DNA from: Mustelus asterias | Lineage: Eukaryota | Reading direction: 5' to 3' | Length of the DNA stretch: 46,000 nucleotides | Assembly: GCF_964213995.1 (NCBI RefSeq) | Contig: NW_027590501.1 | Location: forward strand, 248,001 to 294,000 | In this document: piece after piece, positions 12,310-22,632 of the stretch | Numbering within the stretch: position 1 is the stretch's first letter | How the letters are laid out: each line of letters opens with the position of its first letter | The notes under the pieces: model-generated | Database searches by the model: none | What the model was told of the DNA's origin: nothing | What the model saw: the letters and a program-made list of their open reading frames with translations, nothing else | Program-made: the position numbers and the translations under genes

Positions 12310-13125
12310 AAGCCACTTCTTTTACCTTAAAAGAGGCCCACATCTGTGAGTAAAACACTTTCTTTTCTCCCCCTTTCCATTTATTTTCTCATTCTGGGGA
12401 AAATTGGGGACTTGCAGCAACTGAAGGGAAAGGAAGTGAATCCAGTCGGTATGTTCCACACATTGTTAGTCCAGTCAGATAGACATTTATCTGTCTGTCC
12501 ACCTGCATGGAGATTTCCAGCTCCCTGTGTCCAGGACAGGAAGCCGTGAGCATGGATCTGTCAATCAGCCTCAATCAGCACCTTCAGGAGAATTGGTAGG
12601 GTGAATATTAGATACAGCAGAGTGAGAATGGAGGGAGAGTGTGTGGGATGGAGATTTACAGCTTTTGGGGAATGAGAGAGGAAAGAATGTTCCATAGAAA
12701 CTGGAATAGTCTGTTCTGAATTTCTATCCTGTGCTGACATTGATGAATTTTTCAAACTCGTTTCAGGATATGAGGAGGTGAGGATTGACAGACCAAAATC
12801 TTGAAACAAACATCACATCAGCATCCGACACCCTCACTCAATTCATCCGGACCTGAATATTATCGGCCTTTGAATCTAGAAGGAGAAATGTTTCTCTGTT
12901 CTGTCTGCATCAACGGGCCTTTAATATCAATGTGACTGGAAAAGCACCAAGGCACAGATACACCCGAGTGAGAGTGTTCCAGTGAACTGAGTGTGGAAAG
13001 AGCTTTAACCAGTTACACAGCCTGAAAATACATCGCAGCATTCACAGCAGGGAGAGACTGTACCCACATTCTGTGTGAGATTTAACTGATTGTTTAACCT
13101 GGAGAGTCACAAGGACACCCACACC

Positions 13126-13965
13126 ATGGAGAAACCGTGGAAATGTGGGGAATGTGGAAAAAGATACAGAGCTCCTTGTAAATTGGAAATTCATCGACGT
13201 ATTCACACCGGGGAGAGGCCATTCATCTGCTCTGTGTGTGGGCAGAGATTCACTCGGTTATATCATCTGCAGCGACATCGGCTGGTTCACACTGGAGAAA
13301 GAGCGTTCATCTGCTTTGAGTGTGGGAACGGATTCGCTCATTTACCCGATCTGCAGAAACACCAGCGCGTTCACACTGGAGAGAGACCATTCACCTGCTT
13401 GGTGTGTGGGAAAGGATTTATGCAGTTATCCAATCTGTCAAAACACAAAGTCACTCACAGCAATGAGAAACCCTTTAAATGCTCTGACTGTGGGAGTGGT
13501 TTCAAAAGCTCTCGGGAACTGATGATTCACCAGCGCATTCACACTGGGGAGAGACCGTTCAGCTGCTCTCACTGCTCAAAGAGATTTAGAACATCCCACC
13601 TGCGGATACACCAGCGAATTCACACTGGGGAGAGACCGTTCACCTGCTCTGTGTGTGGGAAGGGATTCACTCAGTCATCCAGCCTGCTGAACCACAATCT
13701 CACTCACACCAATGAGAGACCCTTTAAATGTTCTGACTGTGGAAGTGGTTTCAAAAGCTCTCGGGAACTGATGATTCACCAGCGCATTCACACTGAGGAG
13801 AGGCCGTTCAGCTGCTCTCACTGCACAAAGAGATTTAGAACATCATCCCACCTGCGGCAACACCAGCGAGTTCACACTGGGGAGAGACCGTTCACTTGCT
13901 GTGCGTGTGGGAAGGGATTCACTCAGTCATCCAGCCTGCGGACACACCAGCAAGTTCACAAGTGA
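13126..13965 (+). CDS. ZNF-B: intact tandem C2H2 zinc-finger protein, 279 aa, 10 fingers, no N-terminal effector domain
   Basis: ACCATGG start (MEKPWKC), open to HK*; predicted non-coding 5' exons with donors at 12346 and 12601 and an acceptor at 12766. Confidence 0.9.
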   Translation: MEKPWKCGECGKRYRAPCKLEIHRRIHTGERPFICSVCGQRFTRLYHLQRHRLVHTGERAFICFECGNGFAHLPDLQKHQRVHTGERPFTCLVCGKGFMQLSNLSKHKVTHSNEKPFKCSDCGSGFKSSRELMIHQRIHTGERPFSCSHCSKRFRTSHLRIHQRIHTGERPFTCSVCGKGFTQSSSLLNHNLTHTNERPFKCSDCGSGFKSSRELMIHQRIHTEERPFSCSHCTKRFRTSSHLRQHQRVHTGERPFTCCACGKGFTQSSSLRTHQQVHK

Positions 13966-14374
13966 TGACGGGTTGGGTTCTGCTGTTATTCCTGCCATTA
14001 ATCACATCCAGGAGTGAACCATGTTTATTCTTATAGTTGGTCAAGTGGAAGGGTAGGAGAGATTCTTTCTGCTGGACTGGCCGATCGCACGACTTTGCTT
14101 CCAGTGGGGCTAATGCTCTTTGAGACTGGGAGAGCACATTGCCACTGAAATGATCCACAAAAGCTGATAAAGGACATTTATTTTATCCTGGATAGTAAAT
14201 AGTGTTTTTCCTACCACTACAGGTAGATCTGAAATAAATACAGAAAGGACTGGAAAAATGCAGCAGGTCTGGCAGCATCTCTGGAGAGAGAAACAGAGTT
14301 AACATTTCACACTGCTGGATTGGGAATTGATCTAGTAAACCTCCTCTGAACTGCTTCCATGGTATTTATAAAAT

Positions 14375-14712
14375 GGGGCAGCACGGTGGCACAGTGGTTA
14401 GCACTGCTGCCTCACAGCGCCAGGGACCCAGGTTCAATTCCTGGGTCCCTCGTCCGATTCACTGTCTGTGTGTTGTTTGGACATTCTCCCTGTGTCTGTG
14501 TGGGTTTCCTGCGGGTGCTCCATTTTGCTCCCACAGTCCAAAGATGTGCGGATTAGGTTGATTGGCTATGCTAAATTGACCCTTGTGTGAGGGGGATTAG
14601 CAGGGTAAATGTGTGGGGTTATGGGAATAGGGTCTGGGTGGGATGCTGTTTGGTACAGACTCAATGGGCAGAATGGCCTCTGTCTGTACTGCAGGGATCC
14701 TACGATCCTTTG
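14375..14712 (+). mobile_element. tRNA-derived SINE (HE1/V-SINE-like) with a CR1-like tail
   Basis: GGCAGCACGGTGGCACAGTGGTTAGCACTG head, GGTTCAATTCC B box, CCCACAGTCCAAAGATGTG core. Confidence 0.85.
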
Positions 14713-15290
14713 TTTAATTGGAGACAAAACTGCACCCAGTGTTCAAGATGCAGTTTCAGTAACGCCCTGTATAACTGAAGCAGAATATCTACTTCTCTGT
14801 TCAATTTCTCTCGTAATAAAGGATAGCATTCCATTTGTGAGAACTTTGATTTATTTGAACTAAGATTTATGGGGTTCTCTTGTTTACAATAACTCCATAA
14901 CTGTCAATCACACCAGGTTCCAGTGACTTAACCATGTGGCTCGAAAGAATACTTTAAACGGTGAATTCAGGAAGTTTATTAACCATTAAAAATGTAACAA
15001 GAAAGATAAAAAAGGAAAGTATCGATTAACAGTGAAAGGAGAAAGTTTAGCTTTAACAATTGAACATATGAACTTATGAAAGGTTATGGGGAGAAGGCAG
15101 GAACATGGGGATGAGGAGCATATCAGCCTTGATCGAATGATGGACCAGACTCAATGGGCTGAATGGTCTAATTCTGCTCCTATATGTTATGAACAGACTT
15201 CTCTCTATCCTTCTCAGACCAGGACATGAAGTGATGGCTCCGAAAACATGGATAACTTGTAAAATCAACAGCTCCCAACACCTCTCTGTA

Positions 15291-15575
15291 GGGCACAGTG
15301 GTTAGCACTGCTGCCTCACAGTGCCAGGGCCTGGGTTTGACTCCCAGCTTGGGTCACTGTCTGCAGAGTCTGCATATTGTCCCCGTATCTGGGTGGGTTT
15401 CCTCCGGGTGCTCCGGTTTCCTCCCAAAGTCCGAAAGACGTGCTGGTTAGGTGCATTGGCCATGCTAAATTCTCCCTCAGTGTACCCGAACAGGCGCCCG
15501 AGTGTGGCAACTCGGGGATTTTCACAGTAACTTCATTGCAATGTTAATGTAAGTCAACTTGTGACACTAATAAAT
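15291..15575 (+). mobile_element. tRNA-derived SINE (variant ending GTGACACTAATAAA)
   Basis: Same head and core; tail shared with 26568-26835. Confidence 0.85.
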
Positions 15576-15828
15576 GAAGTTCCTGGGAAAGTCCCCCAGT
15601 CACCGCACTCTGGCATCTGTTCGGGTAACACTGAGGGAGAATTTAGCATGGTCAATGCACCTAACCAGCACATCTTTCGGACTGTGGGAGGAAACCCGAG
15701 CTCCCGGAAGAAAACCAGGCAGACACGGGAACAACATGCAAAGTCCACAGAGTCTCCCAAGCCGGGAATCAAACCCAGGTCCCTGGCGCTGAGGCAGCAG
15801 TGCTAACCAGTGTGCCACCAGGCCACCC
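15574..15828 (-). mobile_element. tRNA-derived SINE, inverted and abutting the previous copy
   Basis: Diverged reverse complement of 15291-15540. Confidence 0.85.
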
Positions 15829-16091
15829 TAACAAGTATTGTTATGTTTTTTCTATTCTGTTGGCCTCAGAAGGCAATATCTTATAATTCCCACACATTTT
15901 AACCATTCTTTATATCTTTATAATTCTAAACGTCATAAACGTTTGTGTTCAAATTTACATTTCCAGCCTAACATCTGTATTAATGAATCATTTATTCTTT
16001 AATTGTCTCTCAATTCAGGCTGTCCATTTAACTAATCTCCTGCTTTACAATTGTGGGAACTTCAGTCCACAAATAAGGTAGTAGAATGCAT

Positions 16092-17500
16092 TGTTAAAAG
16101 CAGGATGTTCTTTATATAAATAAATAACAAACTTTAAAAAACAGTGGCAAACAAAAGGAAACAGGAGCATTGGAACCAGCCTGGACTTGCAGACTGAAAG
16201 CCCAGACGTGCTCAGAAGGGAGAGAGGTTGAGAAGAACACTCTGTAACACTTCTCCTCCCCTTAACTTTCAATCCCCCATCAGGACAGAAATACAACAAA
16301 GTAATGTCTTTCACAATACGGAAGTCTGTCAGGAGCTTTGTGGTTGCATTGCGACCTGTACAATACCACTGGTAAATCTTGTAATGGTGGATCTGGAATG
16401 GGAGATGAAGAGGTAGTTTGAGAATCTGTACATGAACATTCCTCTTCCACTCCCACAGCAGAGTCAACTGGCAAAGCTGGAAACACAGGAACCACTTCCT
16501 GGTGAACATCCACAGCAGCATGACCCTCTGCCATGTTCTCAGTAATGGTTGCTGACTCTGAAACTGTTCCTGACTCAGGGTCACACCGCAAGTGAATATG
16601 GTCTTGGTGTCTGCGAACAACTCTTCCATTTTACAGTCTCACCACCCAAGATACTGGACCACTTTGGTTTAAAAGTATTCCCGGTAACCACCTTTGGTTA
16701 CTCCCAAAGTTTCTGATGTAAACCTGATCACCCGGTTTGAACTGCCTCTCTTTGGCGCGGTAGTCATGTCCCTCCTTCTGCTTCTCTTGTCTCCTGCTCA
16801 CTTTTGCTCTGTGATCTGGATGAAGCAGATCCAGATGAGACTTCAACCTTCTACCTAAAAATTCCACAGGAGAGAGTCCGGTTGTGGATTGTGGTGTGAT
16901 GCGAAACTGGAACAAAAATCTTGAGAGCTTGTTCTTAAAGTATCGCCTGCCATTCTCTTCAATCCCTCCTTCAAAGTTTGAACAGCTCTTTCTGTGAGAC
17001 CATTTGTACAGTAAGTAGTTTAACAACACCAGGTTAAAGTCCAGCAGGTTTATTTGTTAGCAAATGCCACGAGCTAACAAATGCATTTGCTAACAAATAA
17101 ACCTGTTGGACTTTAACCTGGTGTTGTTAAACTTCTTACTGTGTTTACCCCAACGCCGGCATCTCCACATCATGAAGACCATTTGTAGCCAGATGAAACG
17201 ATGCAGTACACACATGGCGTAGACCATTCCTTTACAGGAATTCCTGAAACACCTCACTTGTAAACAGAGTGTTGTTATCGGAAACAAGCCAATCTGGTAA
17301 CCCAGGGCTTGTGAAAATTTGTCAGAGCTTCTCTATTGTCACAGGAGCTGGAATATTACTCATGATCTGTGCTTCCAACCATTTTGAATGCACCATTTAC
17401 AACGACCAAACACATGTGATTCATGAAAGGCCCCCCAAAGGCCACATTTAGTCTGGACCACGGCCTATCAGGCCACTCCCAAGGATGAAGTGGTAACGTA
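16092..17500 (-). mobile_element. Decayed Ty3/Gypsy LTR retrotransposon 3' part (integrase, polypurine tract, short 3' LTR about 16092-16249)
   Basis: PWSRLNVAFGGPF, LSRFLFQFRITPQSTTGLSP and FKPGDQVYIRNF..WLPG; AAGGGGAGGAGAAG directly before TGTTACA; putative LTR ends TAACA. Confidence 0.8.
17009..17175. mobile_element. Penelope-derived hairpin element inserted in the Gypsy integrase
   Basis: Long inverted repeat; 12-bp duplication AGACCATTTGTA at 16997-17008 and 17176-17187. Confidence 0.8.
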
Positions 17501-19304
17501 CCCAGTGTGTTGTGCCTGATTCAATTGACAAACAGTTTATTGAGTTACGCCGGTGGGGAGAAGCCACAGGGGCTGACCATGTGTAACTCCACCCAACAAA
17601 GAATATCATCAATTCTTATCCAGTTACTCAGCCCATCCCGGCTGGACACAATCCAATCAGAATGGTTATAGATTACATACATTATAGGTTCAATAAAATT
17701 AGTATCTGGGCATTATGGGGCTTTGTGATCATCTCATGGACAGGTGCCCCCATCATGATGCTTTCCAGACCCCCCCTTCGGGGGGGGGTCTTTCTTGGGT
17801 TTTCTTTGTACATAGACTCCCTTAGTTAGAAATGGGGTGGATTAAAAGTTCTCAAATGGACGCAGCATCCTTCCTTTGTTTTAATCGAATGACCACATGG
17901 TCTGGGAATCATTTCTATTTCATGCTCTCTCTTTTTAAACTCTTTTCTTCAGTATCCAATTCCAGAATTTTCCTTTTCATTGTGTTATTTGCGTCAGGAA
18001 TAAATCTATGGACCTGACAGGAAGTTTAACCCAAGATCAATCCAACACAGGATTGGTCAGAATCATTTCACGTGTCAAATTTTAAATAACCATTACAAAT
18101 TAAAACTCTCATTCTCACATGGGTGAATTGTATCCGGATTAAAATTCCCACATGTTGAGTAAAATATCCTGGAATCCTGTCTCTGGCCAGTAAATATGGC
18201 TCCAGGTTCATAACTTCTGAACAAAAAAAGTTTGATTGATCACACTTCCTTTTTTAAAAATCTGTTTGATTTAAATACCAGACAGAAAACCTCAAAGCTT
18301 GAAGCATTCATCCCACAAATATCATCCACACACAAACAGAGAAACTTAGCATGTGCTTTACAACAACAATAACCAAAATTAATTACTGAAGTGTTCTTGT
18401 GATTCTGTTTTTAAACTTCCAAAAATGCCTTTAATTAAAGACTCAAGGTGAGGTTAATTCCCCAGAAAGATAAACCTTAACAAATGTAGCCCAAAACAAT
18501 GATAAAACATATCTACAAACATCCACAGAAAACAAACAAAACACACAGATTCTCACAGCTCGTAAATTTCAAACAATGAATCTTCAGCATTCTCTCTCGC
18601 AGCTGTAGCTTCTTAAAGCGACAGAGCACTACAAGCTCACAACTCCTTGATTAAAATAAGATACAAGATCCTTCATTATAATTGAACCTTTTTAAAGCCA
18701 ACCGACAAGGACTGATTTTAGAGGCAACATCTTTGTTGATTTAAAATCCCAAACACGTTATAGCCAAACACCGGCAAAATCTTTGTTCTTTATCTGGGGA
18801 TAAAATTCTCAGTTATTCCAAATTTCTCCAGGCGATGCTTAATATTTCCGCATTTAACTTATTCCCAGAAATCCTCAGTTATAAACTAAAATAGACACGT
18901 GTTTCCGGGCAGTCACAGGAATGTGGTCAAGATAGTCCAGTCCCACAATGCCTCACATTCAATCTGCAGTCCTTCAATTATAACAGAATATGTGGCTGTA
19001 TGTAGCTGCCTCGGCCATGGTCAACCCCAACACTGCCTTCCTGAACTGCTGCAATGCCTGAGGTGTAAGTACACCCACAGTGCTGTTAGGGAGCGATTTC
19101 CAGCTACACATTCCAGACTTTCACTAGCCTGCAGGTGGATATCAGATTGATATATTCCATTCAACCACACCCAAGGTGAGTTATTCCAATTCCGTTATTG
19201 TCCAGGACAATATATTCACAATATCTTTAAAACAGAAATTAAACATTCCCATTTGATTTCAGGTATTAACATATTCTGTTAGTTTGTTCTTTATTGTCAA
19301 TGTC

Positions 19305-19645
19305 AGACTGGGGTTGTTTTCCTTGGAGCAAAGGAGGTTGAGGGGAGATTTGATAGAGGTGGACAAGATTCTGAGAGGTTTAGATAAGGTGGACAAAGAA
19401 AAGCTGTTCCCAATAGCTGAAGGGACAAGACGAGGGGGACACAGATTTCTTGTTTTGGGTCAGAGATGCAAGAGGGGGAGTGGGGGGGGGGGGGGGGGTG
19501 GAGGGGGGGAGTGGGGGGCGGGGGGGCAATGTGAGGAAGAATATTCTGATGCAGTGAATGGTAATGACCTGAAACTCACTGCCTACGAGGGTGGAGGAAG
19601 TGGAGACAATGAACAATTACAAAGGAAATTGGATGGGCATTTGGG
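19305..19645 (+). mobile_element. CR1 3' fragment containing an expanded G tract (19476-19527)
   Basis: LGLFSLEQRRLRGDLIEVDKI motif. Confidence 0.85.
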
Positions 19646-19656
19646 ATGTTCCAAAC

Positions 19657-20715
19657 AGAACGAAGAACAAAGAAAATTACAGCACAGAAACAAGCCCTTT
19701 GGCCCTCCAAGCCTGCAGCAACCATTCTGCCCGTCTGAACTAAAACCCCCTACCTTTCCGGGGACCATATCCCTCTATTCCTATGCTATTCATATATTTG
19801 TCAAGACACATCTTAAAGTCACTATCGTATCTGCTTCCACTACCTTCCCCGGCAATGAGTTCCAGGCACCCACCACCCTCTGTGTAAAAAACCTGCCTTG
19901 TACATCTCCTTTAAACCTTGCCCCTCGCACCTTAAACCTGTGTCCCCTAGTAACTGACTCTTCCACCCTGGGAAAAAGCTTCTGAATATCCACTCTGTAT
20001 TGTAGACTTCTATCAGGTCTCCCCTCAACCTCCGTCATTCCAGTGAGAACAAACCAAGTTCCTCCAACCTCTCCTCATAGCTAATGCCCTCCACACCAGG
20101 CAACATCCTGATAAATATTTTCCGTACCCTCTCCAAAGCCTCCACATCCTTCTGGTAGTGTGGTGACCAGAACTGAACACTAGATTCCAAGTGCGGTCTA
20201 ACTAAGTTTCTATAAAGCTGCAACATGACTTACCAATTTTTAAACTCAATGCCCCGGCCGATAAAGGCAAGCATGCCGTATGCCTTCTTGACTATCTTCT
20301 CCACCTGCGTTGCCACTTTCAATGACCTGTGTACCTGGACACCCAGATCCCTCTGCCTATGAATACTCTTAAGGGTTCTGCCATTTGCTGTATATTTCCC
20401 ACCTGTATTTGACCTTCCAAAATTCATTACCTCACATTTGTCCGGATTAAACTTCATCTGCCATCTCTCTGCCCAAGTCTCCAACTGATCTATATCCTGC
20501 TGTATCCTCTGCCGGTCCCCATTGCTATCCGCAATTCTACCAACCTTTGTGTCGTCCACAAACTTACCAATCAAACCAGTTACATTTTCCTCCAAATCAT
20601 TTATATATATTACAAACAGCAAAAGTCCCAGCACTGATCCCTGAGGAACGTCACTTGTCACAGCCCTCCATTCAGAAATGTACCTTTGCACTGCCAACCT
20701 CTGTTTTCTTCTGAC
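19657..20715 (-). mobile_element. CR1 LINE 3' part, same subfamily as 3770-5914
   Basis: ORFs 20230-20697, 20035-20226 and 19790-20038 with RT C-terminal motifs. Confidence 0.92.
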
Positions 20716-20948
20716 TAAATATCTCTGAACTTCCTAACACCCTGTCACTCTGTGATCCTTGTGACATTTGAAACCAGGTATTCACAAAAAGACTGAAAAA
20801 GCATCAGCCCACTGGAGGCTGAGACTGGCCAGTCCAGCAGAAAGAAACCCTCTGACCCTTCCCATTGACCAACTGTGAGAATGAACAAAATGCAGTCCTG
20901 GATGGAATTGAGAGCAGAAACAATAACAGCAGAATCCAACTCCTGTCA

Positions 20949-21959
20949 TCACTCATGAACTTGCTGATGTCTCAGCAGCCGGGATGAAACTCTGAATCCC
21001 TTCCCACACACAGAGCCGGTGAACGGCCTCTCCCCAGTGTGAACTCGCTGGTGTGCCTGCAGGTGGAATAACCGAGTGAATCCCTTCCCACACTGAGAGC
21101 AGGTGAATGGCCTCTCCCCAGTGTGAACTTGCTGGTGTCTCTGCAGGTGGGATAACTGAGTGAATCCCTTCCCACACTGAGAGCAGGTGAATGGCCTCTC
21201 CCCAGTGTGAAGTCGCTGGTGAGCCCGCAAATTGGATAACTGAGTGAATCCCTTCCCACACTGAGAGCAGGTGAATGGTCTCTCCCCAGTGTGAACTCGC
21301 TGGTGTGCCTGCAGGTGGGATGACTGAGTGAATCCCTTCCCACACTGAGAGCAGGTGAAGGGCCTCTCCCCAGTGTGAACTCGCTGGTGTGCCCACAGCT
21401 CGGATGACTGGGTGAATCCCTTTCCACACTGAGAGCAGGTGAATGGCCTCTCCCCAGTGTGAAGTCGCTGGTGAGCCCGCAAATTGGATAACTGAGTGAA
21501 TCCCTTCCCACACTGAGAGCAGGTGAAGGGCCTTTCCCCAGTGTGAACTCGCTGGTGTGTCCGCAGGGTGGATAAACAAGTGAATCCCTCCCCACACTGA
21601 GAGCAGGTGAATGGCCTCTCCCCAGTGTGAACTCGCTCGTGTGTCCGCAGGGTAGATAACTGAATGAATCCCTTCCCACACTGAGAGCAAGTGAATGGCC
21701 TCACCCCAGTGTGAACTCGCTGGTGTGTCTGCAGGTGGGATGACTGCGTGAATCCCTTCCCACATTCAGAGCAGGTGAATGGCCTCTCCCCAGTGTGAAC
21801 TCGCTCGTGTGTCCGCAGGCTGGATAACTGAATGAATCCCTTCTCACACTGAGAGCAGGTGAATGGTCTCTCCCCAGTGTGGCTGCGCCGATGAACTTCC
21901 AGCAGGGATGGGTATCTGTATCCCTTCCCACAGTCTGCACATTTCCACGGTTTCTCCAT
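20949..21959 (-). CDS. ZNF-C: intact tandem C2H2 zinc-finger protein, 336 aa, 11 canonical fingers plus 1 degenerate, highly homogenised 84-bp repeats
   Basis: MEKPWKC start at 21959; repeated [28 protein letters not shown]; the last finger has Gly in place of its first Cys. Confidence 0.9.
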   Translation of the reverse strand: MEKPWKCADCGKGYRYPSLLEVHRRSHTGERPFTCSQCEKGFIQLSSLRTHERVHTGERPFTCSECGKGFTQSSHLQTHQRVHTGVRPFTCSQCGKGFIQLSTLRTHERVHTGERPFTCSQCGEGFTCLSTLRTHQRVHTGERPFTCSQCGKGFTQLSNLRAHQRLHTGERPFTCSQCGKGFTQSSELWAHQRVHTGERPFTCSQCGKGFTQSSHLQAHQRVHTGERPFTCSQCGKGFTQLSNLRAHQRLHTGERPFTCSQCGKGFTQLSHLQRHQQVHTGERPFTCSQCGKGFTRLFHLQAHQRVHTGERPFTGSVCGKGFRVSSRLLRHQQVHE

Positions 21960-22446
21960 GGTGCAGGTGTCCTTACCTCTCTCTTGGGTGGACAATTAGT
22001 TGAAACTTTGTCCACACACAGAACAAGATTACAGTCTCTCCCCGCTGTGAATGGTGTGATATTTATTCAGACTGTGTAACTGGTTAAAGCTCTTTAGTCA
22101 GTGCATTGGAACACACTCACTCGAGTGTAGCAGTGTGTTGATGCTTTTCCACTCACACTGACATTTCAAATCTTTTCAAATCGACAGACTGAACAATCAT
22201 TTCTCCTTCTGGATTCAAAGTCCGATGATATTGAGGTCCCAAGGAATAAGACTCTGTCAGATCGAGACGTGACGTTTGAGATTTCAGCCTGTGATTCCTC
22301 TTTCAATATCCTGTAAAATGAGTTTCCAAAAGTCATCAGTGTCAGTACAGGATAGAAATTCAGAACAGACAATTTCTATGGAACATTCTTTCCTCTCTCA
22401 TTCCCCAGAAGCTGTAAATCTCCATTCCACACACTCTCTCCCCATT

Positions 22447-22632
22447 CTCAGCAGGTCTGGCAGCATCTGTATGGAGAGAAAAGAACTGATGTTTCAGAGC
22501 TTTGACAAAGGGTCTCCAGACAAGAAACATCAGCTCTTTTCTCTCCTTACAGATGCTGCCAGACCTGCTGAGATTTTCCAGCATTTTCTCTCTTGGTTTC
22601 AGATTCCAGCATCCGCAGTAATTTGCTTTTAT
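22447..22632. mobile_element. Palindromic repeat of the second (probably Penelope-derived) family, in a ZNF-C intron
   Basis: TCTCAGCAGGTCTGGCAGCATCTG and its inverse CAGATGCTGCCAGACCTGCTGAGA. Confidence 0.7.

Noticed and set aside
13085-13092. Shared in-frame TGA upstream of the ZNF start as selenocysteine or programmed read-through
   Set aside because: Paralog C has TAA at this position, the upstream fingers carry indels, and no SECIS-like element was evident.
14375-14450. SINE heads as extra tRNA genes (also 15291, 26568, 32465, 40779, 45610)
   Set aside because: They have A/B boxes but no full cloverleaf and continue into a shared SINE body.
17767-17797. Hairpin plus T-rich run as a bacterial rho-independent terminator or contamination
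   Set aside because: It is embedded in continuous vertebrate repeat-rich sequence with no bacterial-type genes nearby.
20953-21765. Long ORFs in the other two minus-strand frames over ZNF-C (270 and 235 aa)
   Set aside because: Expected by-product of a homogenised 84-bp repeat that lacks stops in the shifted frames; the same shadow peptides appear over every ZNF here.
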